Shown here: positions 47,162 through 55,945 of the stretch, piece after piece
Numbering within the stretch: position 1 is the stretch's first letter
Layout: the number at the start of each line of letters is the position of its first letter
Virus record (IMG/VR): IMGVR_UViG_3300013132_000023
Coordinates: 1-64,000 of that record
Origin: a virus
DNA: 64,000 bases
Strand: one strand, 5' to 3'
Notes under the pieces: model-generated
Seen by the model: only the letters and a program-made list of their open reading frames with translations
Told to the model about the DNA's origin: nothing
Database searches by the model: none
Program-made: the position numbers and the translations under genes

Positions 47162-50100
47162 ATGAATATTCTTGTTTCGAATGGAGTTGTCGTAAGTGGC
47201 GTAGGAGTGCCGCTTAATGGTATTGCGTGGCCTTCTGGTCAGTTTAATAGCAATGCCCCAGGGTCACAGCTTTGTGCCTTTTTGTCTTCTGTTAATGCTA
47301 CGTTTGGTTTCAATGTAACGCCTCATTCCTTTCAAACCGAGTGGATTCCTTGTGGCGATTCTTGTGCATTTCATGGTGCCTCTGGACAATTGCCCAATAT
47401 TGGTCATCCGTTAGAATTGTTTGTTGGCGACTTCTTTTTCCGTGGTCGCGTAACACACGCAGACTATACTACGACTACTGGTGGCACTGTAGTTGGTATA
47501 ACTGTAGAGGATGATCGTCGTCAATTACGTCGCGTTAAGATTCATACTGAAGACCTAGGAGAAGACGCACCAAGCGGTGTCGTTTCAATTGCCCGTGCTT
47601 ATCGTATAGTCAATGGTTTGAACGATCTCAACGGTGATCCAAACGATCCAAATATTAGAGAGTATCGTCGCATTTTGCAATTTGGTGGAACGTATAATCA
47701 GTTATTGACGGCTATTCAGCTTCATTTTAACCAAGGAAAATGTTCGATTGCTGTTACGGAACTTCCAACAGCGGAACAACTTGAAAGCAATATTGGTGGC
47801 ACAATTGACGCTCTGCGTTTTCAGTTTAATCTGACGACTCTTGATGAAGCCATTACTCGTATCCTTCAAGATACTGGTTACGATTGGTACTGGAACATGG
47901 ACGCTCAGCGTCTAAATCTAATTAACAAGAAGGTAGCTTTTGATCTATCTGAAAATGATATTCTGGATCTTGTGTCGCAATTTGGTAGTGCGAGTGGATT
48001 AAACGAAACAAAGCAACTGGGTTTTGGTCAGGACGTTGTTCCGGATCCAACACGTTTTCGTGTACTTGGTGGACACCAAGAAGGTTTCATTAACTCACAT
48101 TTATTGAGTCCAATTGATGGTCTTGATACATTTGGTTTAGACGGTCACGTAAACAAAGACGTTAAGAGTTCTGGAATCAACATTGTTTTCACACCAGCTT
48201 GGTCTCGTTTGACAATAGGCTTTTATGACGCAGACGGTTTTTATCGTACGTACATACCTACTGAAAAAGAGCTACAACTTGCTCTTGCTGGCATTGAACA
48301 GTGGACGTATTTCAAGATTTATCAAACAGATCTGACGACGGCTAATCCACCAGGATTTGCTTTGCCGGTAGACGCAGGATCGATTGCAGCACAACATCCA
48401 ACTTTCCAGAGTCGTTTGGATCCAGTTATGCCGTTGGCAGCATTTGGAACCGGCAATGAAGCATCTGGTATTCGTATTATTAGCAATAGACGTGACCAGG
48501 AGCAAAACTGGGTTTTGTCTTTTTATTCACGCATTAGCGATCACGCGTCACGTCACTATGGACGTTCGTATGTAGCCGAAGGACTGTTGTTCAATGAAGC
48601 GTCTGGTTTGTTCCGTCTTGTTGATGCGGCTTGGGCAAACGTAGAGAATCAAGTTCAGGGATACGGTCTTTCAACTTCAGGCGTTGTGATATCGGTTGGT
48701 AGTGGTGTTTACTTAGAAGATTACGAAATCAATCGTGCTCTTGGTCCTATTAGTCCGTTCGTCACTGACGATTTCCGTGTACGTGCGTACTGCCGTCTTC
48801 CGGCTAGTACGGTTTATGGTCCGCAGGGCGATAGTAATCCTGCTGGCTTTGGTAACTGGACAGAAGACGCACCTCCTTTTAATCCTACTGGTTCGGGCGA
48901 TCACTATATCCCCGTTCAGTTAACACTGGTTGGTAATCGCGTAGAAGACCCTCGTAGTGACGAGCTTTATTCTTTTGAAGATTACCCCGAGGGTACGATA
49001 TGGTGTCAATTGCCAATTAACGCTGGACCATCGGGCGGTCTTCGCGTTGATCCAATCATTAGGCAGTTGTCTACATTAGTCACTACGAATACAAAGCTTG
49101 CTGGTTCTGGCTTGACGGATATCATTAATCCAGCAATTGTCTTGAACGTTTATGATTCTTTGTCTGGTGTAGCTATTCCAGTAGAAGCACGTAGTCGTTA
49201 TGGTCAAACGTATCCAGGCCAATGGGTTTTGGGAGATCTGCATTATGAACGTGATGAAGACGTTCAGCTTGATGATCAATTTGTACCTTGGGCTTATTCT
49301 CCCGAAGGTAATCAAACGTCTTTACAGATTATGACGGATCGTGCTATTCGTCGTGTACAAGGTAAGATTGTACCGCGTAGTTCTTCACGATATGCTGACT
49401 TCCAACAAGTTGGATTACCATTGTTGTCTTTTGATGCATTTGCAGAACAAGGCATTGGTCCTTCTGGTCGCTATGGTGAAATCAGTCATGGTGTTAGCGA
49501 ATTGAATATTTCGTTTGGCATCGAAGGATTTGGAACTCGCTATAAGATACAGTCCTACTTCCCGAAGTTTGGTCGTGAAGCACCGCTTGGTGAGCGTGTG
49601 CGTGCTCAACTTAATGGCGTAATCAATCCTATCGATTTTACTGACTTGTCATTGTTGAATCCTCTGCCGGGTAATCCTCCTGATCCGTTGTTACCGGGCG
49701 ATTCATTCTTGCCGCCTATTTTCTTCGATAGAGAAAAACGAGCCGTTCGTGTAACCATTACGGACGTTACTAATGTTTTCACGCTTGGTAGCAATCCTGC
49801 GACCCAAGAAGAAGAACGTTATCGTGGTCTTGATCAGAATTCGTATTACAAGCCGCCTTTTGGTTTTTCTTCTAGCAATCCGGATTTCGCGAAAGGTGCT
49901 ATTTGTATTGATGGTTTCCTGAATGTTGGAGATGAAGCACTGTATCATACGGACGAATTTGAATTGCCCGGTGGTAATCGCGTGCTGAGATACTTCACTC
50001 AGGGGCGTCCTTTTGGAAATGGTACGATTGTACAAATTCAAAATGTCAACGCTAACGATCTTTCGGCATATGACGTTACTATCGTAGACCCTACAACTCT

Positions 50101-50530
50101 CTCAACGTTAGGTGTTGAGCGTGCTATTCTTGGCGTACAAGTTCTTAATGGTTCTGTTTCAATTGGAGATCGTACTACGCTTGCAGCACAAGGAGATGCA
50201 CCTATTGCTCCAGGAGCAAGCAATGGTACTATCTATGTAGCTGGTACTGTTCAAGATTCTGCTGGTGTTACACCAGTTGAGATTGTTGAAGTAAGCCTTG
50301 CAACTACTGTTAATGCTCGTGCAACTTGCAGAATACTTAACAATAATGGTGTTGTTGTTACGTCTGGTACGTTGTATTCAGATGTAGTACCGATTCCATA
50401 TCCACAGTTTGCTACATCTGGTGATCGTGGTTTCTTAACCAGGGCAACCGTTCCAAGCGGAACGCTTGGTGCTACAGCTCAAGTAAATTTCATTCAGATA
50501 GTAAAGCCAGCATTTATTAGGTACGCGTAA
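47162..50530 (+). CDS. tail tip hub/central spike-type protein
   Basis: 1122 aa; F.FRG.V...V.VED.R and I.QDTGYDWYW hub-like N-terminus. Confidence 0.55.
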   Translation: MNILVSNGVVVSGVGVPLNGIAWPSGQFNSNAPGSQLCAFLSSVNATFGFNVTPHSFQTEWIPCGDSCAFHGASGQLPNIGHPLELFVGDFFFRGRVTHADYTTTTGGTVVGITVEDDRRQLRRVKIHTEDLGEDAPSGVVSIARAYRIVNGLNDLNGDPNDPNIREYRRILQFGGTYNQLLTAIQLHFNQGKCSIAVTELPTAEQLESNIGGTIDALRFQFNLTTLDEAITRILQDTGYDWYWNMDAQRLNLINKKVAFDLSENDILDLVSQFGSASGLNETKQLGFGQDVVPDPTRFRVLGGHQEGFINSHLLSPIDGLDTFGLDGHVNKDVKSSGINIVFTPAWSRLTIGFYDADGFYRTYIPTEKELQLALAGIEQWTYFKIYQTDLTTANPPGFALPVDAGSIAAQHPTFQSRLDPVMPLAAFGTGNEASGIRIISNRRDQEQNWVLSFYSRISDHASRHYGRSYVAEGLLFNEASGLFRLVDAAWANVENQVQGYGLSTSGVVISVGSGVYLEDYEINRALGPISPFVTDDFRVRAYCRLPASTVYGPQGDSNPAGFGNWTEDAPPFNPTGSGDHYIPVQLTLVGNRVEDPRSDELYSFEDYPEGTIWCQLPINAGPSGGLRVDPIIRQLSTLVTTNTKLAGSGLTDIINPAIVLNVYDSLSGVAIPVEARSRYGQTYPGQWVLGDLHYERDEDVQLDDQFVPWAYSPEGNQTSLQIMTDRAIRRVQGKIVPRSSSRYADFQQVGLPLLSFDAFAEQGIGPSGRYGEISHGVSELNISFGIEGFGTRYKIQSYFPKFGREAPLGERVRAQLNGVINPIDFTDLSLLNPLPGNPPDPLLPGDSFLPPIFFDREKRAVRVTITDVTNVFTLGSNPATQEEERYRGLDQNSYYKPPFGFSSSNPDFAKGAICIDGFLNVGDEALYHTDEFELPGGNRVLRYFTQGRPFGNGTIVQIQNVNANDLSAYDVTIVDPTTLSTLGVERAILGVQVLNGSVSIGDRTTLAAQGDAPIAPGASNGTIYVAGTVQDSAGVTPVEIVEVSLATTVNARATCRILNNNGVVVTSGTLYSDVVPIPYPQFATSGDRGFLTRATVPSGTLGATAQVNFIQIVKPAFIRYA

Positions 50531-52608
50531 TGGTTATGCAATCAGGTGTAGTGCCGTATGAGTACGCTCATGGCGGCAGAAGATTTGAATCAAAGCCTAT
50601 CCCGTTGGGCTTGTCTGGCATTTTGCTAGAACAGGCACAGTTTGTAATTACTGCTGAAATTAGAAAATGGATTGGTGATTACTCTGACTTGCAGCCATTC
50701 AATGTATACATCAATACGGACGCTTTGCCATCTGGACAATATGAACCAAAGGCTAATGGTACAACCTTAGACAATGCTCTTAATCCGGGGGCAGTTGTTT
50801 TTGTTGATCACATTTTAGAGTGTCGTGCAGCGTTGAATGTACTCTTAAATTTGTACGAAGCTGACACTGACTTAGACACATATCAATATCGTGCAGGGTG
50901 GCTACAAGCTTTGTTTCCTGAAAGTACGAGTGGATTCATAAATGGCTCTGACGATCAAGCATTTTTCACTGGAATTGGGCATTGGCGACATAGAAGACCA
51001 TCAGAAATTGGAATTATCGATTATGTTTCTGATGAAGTTTTAGGAGCATCTGGCGTCTTATACGATATCGATTTTTCAGAAGTGATGTTCAATCCGGCAC
51101 CACATATTGCTGGTTTGGGCTTTGATGAGGCACATGGACTCAGGGTAAACAATACGAATGATACCTTTGCTATTCAACAATACCCGGTCTTTCCAGCTTT
51201 TCAAAAGACCGATGGCTCTATTATTGATTTGAACGGTAGAGAGCCAGCTAATTTGTCTACATACAGAACGTCACACGTATCGTCTGGAGCGTTGCGTTTA
51301 CATGGATACATGCTGAGACCACAGACGAAACTCATGTTATCTAGGGAGCGTACGTTTGGCAGCGATGTAGACTTTACGATTTTTTCCGAAGGTATTCGTG
51401 CTCCATACAATCCTAATGTACCAACAACGCTTGTCTTTATCACTCCAACTTCACAAGGTAGTGGAGTGTATAGAATTGGTGCAGCTAATAGATTCGTAGA
51501 CTTTCCAAATGCAACTATTGAGTCGGGTATTTTTAGTCACTGGCCACCAATAGAAGTGTATTGGCCTTCGGATCATCCAACAAGCTCTACTACCACTACT
51601 GCCAATGGTGGTTATCATGTCTTTAATGACTGCATATGGATGACAGACGTATCCTTGAGTTCGTCTTTTGGCGGTCCTAACTTTGGATATCCTTCTGGTC
51701 TTGCTGTTTTGTCTCCGTATACAGGACACAGAATGTGGCTTCGTTATGCGGATATGACACCAATAGACATTGATGTTTTTGGAGGCATCAATAAGCGTAA
51801 TTGGGGAACTGGAAAAGGACTAGAGCGTGTTTCGTCAAACAACATCTATCGTGTCGCTCCAATAGTTGCAAAATCAACACCTACCCCTACTTCCGGACAG
51901 TTTGTTTTCGGTTGCTACAATGACAATCTAGATCTTGTAACGACTATCACAACAATTTCATCTTCTCCTAATGGTGACAACCTTTTTCCTCTCGGAGGTG
52001 CAGTCATTTCTCTTAGTGATTTTTGGTTTAACGGATCAAACTACTTTGTTGCCAATGCAGAATTCGTTGGTTTTGATTTGTGGAAATTAGACTCTTCGTT
52101 CAGTTACGTCACTAAGTATGTTTTCAATCGTCCTAGTGGAATACATAATGCAAGAGGAGCTTATGTTAATGGTCAAGATGTTCTATTCTATTTTGTACTA
52201 AACAATGCTCCTGGTGATGCAAATTTTGCTACAAGCGGTATATTTCCAATCAACTTTATTGATGAAGGCAGTGATCCGTTTGATAATTCGGCTAATCTTG
52301 GTCCGGTTGGTGAAGCTGAAATTTCGCCAGCGACCGCAAAATACATCAATGGTGCGGCACAACTTGGTGTAGCTCAGACCGCTGAAATCATGGATCTTTT
52401 TGAAGTAACGTCGTCAACTCACGTTGTTCCTGGTGTTTATGCTATCGTTCGTTTTAAGCTAAATACGAATCCCTTTAATGGTGGCGATTTGTATCTTTTA
52501 CGCTTGCAGGAAACCTCTACGGCTTGGGAAATTGTAGCATTGACGAGACTTGAAACTGCCGTCAATTCTTTTATGCCAAGACGTGAATTACTGTATATGG
52601 GCTATTAG
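50530..52608 (+). CDS. putative receptor-binding tail protein
   Basis: Beta-rich, possibly propeller-like C-terminus; last gene of the tail-tip unit. Confidence 0.5.
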   Translation: MVMQSGVVPYEYAHGGRRFESKPIPLGLSGILLEQAQFVITAEIRKWIGDYSDLQPFNVYINTDALPSGQYEPKANGTTLDNALNPGAVVFVDHILECRAALNVLLNLYEADTDLDTYQYRAGWLQALFPESTSGFINGSDDQAFFTGIGHWRHRRPSEIGIIDYVSDEVLGASGVLYDIDFSEVMFNPAPHIAGLGFDEAHGLRVNNTNDTFAIQQYPVFPAFQKTDGSIIDLNGREPANLSTYRTSHVSSGALRLHGYMLRPQTKLMLSRERTFGSDVDFTIFSEGIRAPYNPNVPTTLVFITPTSQGSGVYRIGAANRFVDFPNATIESGIFSHWPPIEVYWPSDHPTSSTTTTANGGYHVFNDCIWMTDVSLSSSFGGPNFGYPSGLAVLSPYTGHRMWLRYADMTPIDIDVFGGINKRNWGTGKGLERVSSNNIYRVAPIVAKSTPTPTSGQFVFGCYNDNLDLVTTITTISSSPNGDNLFPLGGAVISLSDFWFNGSNYFVANAEFVGFDLWKLDSSFSYVTKYVFNRPSGIHNARGAYVNGQDVLFYFVLNNAPGDANFATSGIFPINFIDEGSDPFDNSANLGPVGEAEISPATAKYINGAAQLGVAQTAEIMDLFEVTSSTHVVPGVYAIVRFKLNTNPFNGGDLYLLRLQETSTAWEIVALTRLETAVNSFMPRRELLYMGY

Positions 52609-52614
52609 TGTATT
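52606..52614 (+). promoter_or_regulatory. candidate late promoter TAGTGTATT
   Basis: Exact motif; its TAG is the upstream stop. Confidence 0.7.
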
Positions 52615-52702
52615 CTTTTGCAAGCATTGATGTGTTTGTCATAGCATGGTCCGAAGTAACGTTCCTGTTTTAGGATAGTTGCTTTGACTTAGGAGATAAA
52701 AG

Positions 52703-53368
52703 ATGGTATCAGGAATTCGTTTTTTTGCTTGTTCTGGAGCAATGGGTGGTACGCCATCAACTCGTGCGACTCCCAACGTAGAGATTTTTGCTTTTGAAAT
52801 TGGAGCTACAAATAGCCCTAATCGTATGGGCTTTTTTGGTTCCGCTGGTGCTCCGAACTCTGCCGTAATCGTGGGTCAATACCAAGATCGTACGCATTGT
52901 ACTGATCATGTTGGTACAGATCGTGGTGTTATGATTAATGTCAAGTATCTTGGTGCATCTGATGCGTCTGTTTCTGGCGTTCCGTTGACCTCTACTGGTC
53001 ACACCCTGGCTAGTATTCCACAGAACTCCGGTACACTATTGGCACGTTTTACAGATCCTACCAGTACGGCTGTCGTTACGCAAACAGCTACATTCCGTGC
53101 GGTTAATTTCACTGCTGGTTCTGGTGTTCCTGATATTGGCGATTTGGCTTCAAACATTGTCATTCAGGCTGCACAATTACAGGATACTGCTGGTAATGCC
53201 GGTGACGCTAGCTGGTCGCAGATTTCAAGCGGTGGTGCTGCCTTAGCGTTGGCCGATCAATCAATTTCTGCAACAGTTCATGATTTCCACTTGATCGTTA
53301 GTGGTTCTCCATCTCAGGCTGGTCGTAAGATTGACTTTGGTTATTATCTACAGCTTGAATTCTTGTAA
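52703..53368 (+). CDS. monocistronic late virion protein
   Basis: Own promoter motif, AGGAG RBS and terminator; Ala/Gly/Ser/Thr-rich. Confidence 0.6.
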   Translation: MVSGIRFFACSGAMGGTPSTRATPNVEIFAFEIGATNSPNRMGFFGSAGAPNSAVIVGQYQDRTHCTDHVGTDRGVMINVKYLGASDASVSGVPLTSTGHTLASIPQNSGTLLARFTDPTSTAVVTQTATFRAVNFTAGSGVPDIGDLASNIVIQAAQLQDTAGNAGDASWSQISSGGAALALADQSISATVHDFHLIVSGSPSQAGRKIDFGYYLQLEFL

Positions 53369-53390
53369 GCGAACAGGATAGATTCTAACA

Positions 53391-53428
53391 AAAAGAAGGG
53401 GCGACAAGTGTTAACTTGTCGCCCTTTT
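53391..53428. terminator. intrinsic (possibly bidirectional) terminator ending the late region
   Basis: Stem GGGCGACAAGT / ACTTGTCGCCC flanked by A-run and T-run. Confidence 0.85.
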
Positions 53429-53431
53429 GTA

Positions 53432-53459
53432 TTGACAGTCTTGAATGCCGTGCCATAAT
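53432..53459 (+). promoter_or_regulatory. sigma70-type promoter of the replication operon
   Basis: TTGACA-N16-CATAAT with extended -10 TG. Confidence 0.75.
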
Positions 53460-53508
53460 GTTCTTACCACTCGCCGTGCTGATATCACCGGCAGTTTTGG
53501 AATAGATC

Positions 53509-53964
53509 ATGAACTTGGCTTTTAGCTCGAAACATCCCTTTGTACCAAATCCAGCGAAGGATTCTACTGTAACTCGCTGGATTGCGTCTCTATCGGACGG
53601 TACGACCGTCTTTGAGGATGTTACCCCCCAGGAAATTTCTTCCTGGTTGAGACTTAGAGAGTATGTTCGGTTGCATGGTTTAAAGATAACAAACCTGCGA
53701 CTTGAAGCATATGGTCGTCGCGTGTTACTGGTTCCGTACAGGGATGCCGAAGACTGTCCTCAGATTAACGGTTACTGGCACAGTAAAAAAATGCACGCCC
53801 TCATGACGGCGAGTGGTATAATTGAGGGCCGCGAATGTGGCATTGGGTATGTAAAGGCCCGCGAGATCATCATTACGTGGGTTAACCAAGACGGAACCGT
53901 ACGACAAGAGATTAGGCCGTACAAGGAAAACGACTTGGCTACAATCATTAACGATTATCCGTGA
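53509..53964 (+). CDS. hypothetical protein
   Basis: First ORF after the promoter; WIASLSDGTTVFED...SWLRL. Confidence 0.65.
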   Translation: MNLAFSSKHPFVPNPAKDSTVTRWIASLSDGTTVFEDVTPQEISSWLRLREYVRLHGLKITNLRLEAYGRRVLLVPYRDAEDCPQINGYWHSKKMHALMTASGIIEGRECGIGYVKAREIIITWVNQDGTVRQEIRPYKENDLATIINDYP

Positions 53965-54401
53965 AGTACGCTTCTATTACCACTCCCGGCATTGAGCACG
54001 ACGACGCCAACATGTTGGCTGAGTTCATTTGGCTCAATCGCGATATTCGTACTGACATTTTTCCTTGGAAAGGTGATAATGGCAAAGAGTGGGGACGATT
54101 GGTTTCTGCTCTAAAGAAGCTAATGAAAGAGCCCTATGAGCTATCCGCTCAGCAGCTTGCGTTTTACATTTGGAAGTGCAAGCCCCATGCTATTAGTTCG
54201 CCAGAATTTGCAAAGATGGCCGTTGTGGCTCGTAAGCTTTTTAAGCCACTTCAACTTGAACAAGTGGCGACACTTTACACTGATCGTCGCAAAGAGCTAG
54301 CGGCGACTGGCCTAGAACGAGTTACATACAAGCAAGAACGTCCGAAGTCTTTAATGTCATTCTTGAGAGAGCTAGAACGTAATGAAGCAGAAACCAACTG
54401 A
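53961..54401 (+). CDS. hypothetical protein
   Basis: GTGA-coupled; upstream of RecA. Confidence 0.6.
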   Translation: MKYASITTPGIEHDDANMLAEFIWLNRDIRTDIFPWKGDNGKEWGRLVSALKKLMKEPYELSAQQLAFYIWKCKPHAISSPEFAKMAVVARKLFKPLQLEQVATLYTDRRKELAATGLERVTYKQERPKSLMSFLRELERNEAETN

Positions 54402-55548
54402 ACAACAACAAACCGCGAAGCCTGAGATTTCGTTTGACTTCTTTAAGCAAGAGGTAGAAGCGGAAGGTGTGCGAGCTATGCTTGCACCCGAGATTGGAGA
54501 TCCCGAGTCTAATCGTTCTGGGTCTTTTAACTTAGATTACGATCTAGCTGTTCCTTTTCCAGAAGGTCGCATTACAGAGATTTTTGGTGAAGAGGGGACA
54601 TGTAAGACTACATTGGCTTTGGAGGTTGCTGGTCGTGCTTTGCAAGCCGGTAAGACGGTTCTCTATGTTAACATGGAGAAAAACCTTAATCTTTCTTTAA
54701 TGCTTACCGTACGTACTTTGCGTCCATATCTAGATGCAGCCGTTGAACAAATGAAGAAGGGCAAGCTTGGCAATTGTCCGCTATGGATTGTCAATGCTTC
54801 TAATGGTGAACAAGCGTTTGAGGCCATGAGGAAGTTTTCTACAATGGTACCTAGAGGCTTAGCTATCTTAGATTCGATTGATGCTGCTCAGCCGTCAGCC
54901 GTTCTGGCTGGTGAGATTGGTGAGAACAAGGTTGGTAATTTGGCCAAGCTCATGTCAGACGCTATGCGTAAGTTGATCAGCGTTACAGAGCAGAATAAAG
55001 TTGCCTTGATTTTTGTCAATCAGATTCGCGACAAGATCACTATGTACGGCGACCCAACAGATACTCCTGGTGGGCGTGCTCTTAAGTTCTACGCTTCGCA
55101 GCGTATTCGTTTACAGAAGCCCGGTAAAGCACAGACTTTAGTTGATTCTGATGGCGAACGTATTGGGGTTGTGATTCGTTACAAGGTCGTAAAAAACAAG
55201 GTGGCTCCTGATGGTTGCGAAGGTGAGTTTCCCATTCTCTTTAAGAATGGTATTTTTCGCGAACAGGAGCTTGTCACTAAGTGCTGTAATTTTGGAGTTT
55301 TGCGTTTAGGCGGCAAAGGAGGACAGCAGGTTTTCTTGCCAAAACTAGACAGAGAAACTAATGATTTTGTCAAAGGTAAAAATGGCGAACTTGAAGAAAC
55401 GTGCATGAGTCAGTTTAATGCGGCTCGTCGCTTGTTAATGGATAGTACGTTGGCTATTAAGCTTGAAAAAGAATTGCTGACGAAGATGGATGTTGGTGGG
55501 ATTGATCCGATTGACAATCTAACTAATGAAATTCAAGACCCTAAGTAA
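54382..55548 (+). CDS. recA: RecA-family recombinase
   Basis: PEGRITEIFG, ILDSI, FVNQIRDKI, PGGRALKFYASQRI, VVKNKVAP. Confidence 0.9.
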   Translation: MKQKPTEQQQTAKPEISFDFFKQEVEAEGVRAMLAPEIGDPESNRSGSFNLDYDLAVPFPEGRITEIFGEEGTCKTTLALEVAGRALQAGKTVLYVNMEKNLNLSLMLTVRTLRPYLDAAVEQMKKGKLGNCPLWIVNASNGEQAFEAMRKFSTMVPRGLAILDSIDAAQPSAVLAGEIGENKVGNLAKLMSDAMRKLISVTEQNKVALIFVNQIRDKITMYGDPTDTPGGRALKFYASQRIRLQKPGKAQTLVDSDGERIGVVIRYKVVKNKVAPDGCEGEFPILFKNGIFREQELVTKCCNFGVLRLGGKGGQQVFLPKLDRETNDFVKGKNGELEETCMSQFNAARRLLMDSTLAIKLEKELLTKMDVGGIDPIDNLTNEIQDPK

Positions 55549-55945
55549 CCGCGAAATTCGCATGGATATATTGCCAGAACGCTATCCAATGCGTTCACGC
55601 GAACAGAGCAAGTCCGTTGGACAATTCCTGCTTGGCAGGAGTTTGCGTGCTATTTATGGCACCAGTGCCGTTATACTGGAAGAGTTTCCTATTCCAGACG
55701 AACGTCTCTTCATAGACTTTTACATGCCACATCATAGTTTGGCGTTCGAGTATCATGGTCCACAGCATGACGAATTCAACAGGTTTTTTCACGGTGACAA
55801 AAAGGGATTCTTAAAATCACAAGAACGTGACACACGTAAGCGTGGATGGTGTGATATTAATGATATTCGTCTCGTAGAAGTACGCAACACCGTAACAGCA
55901 GAACAACTACAGGATTTAATTAAGGACGCTAGAGACAATGAGTAA
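55526..55945 (+). CDS. Vsr/DUF559-like endonuclease
   Basis: EEF...IDFY.P..LAFEYHGPQH...RD..K..WC..NDIRLVEV. Confidence 0.75.
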   Translation: MKFKTLSNREIRMDILPERYPMRSREQSKSVGQFLLGRSLRAIYGTSAVILEEFPIPDERLFIDFYMPHHSLAFEYHGPQHDEFNRFFHGDKKGFLKSQERDTRKRGWCDINDIRLVEVRNTVTAEQLQDLIKDARDNE

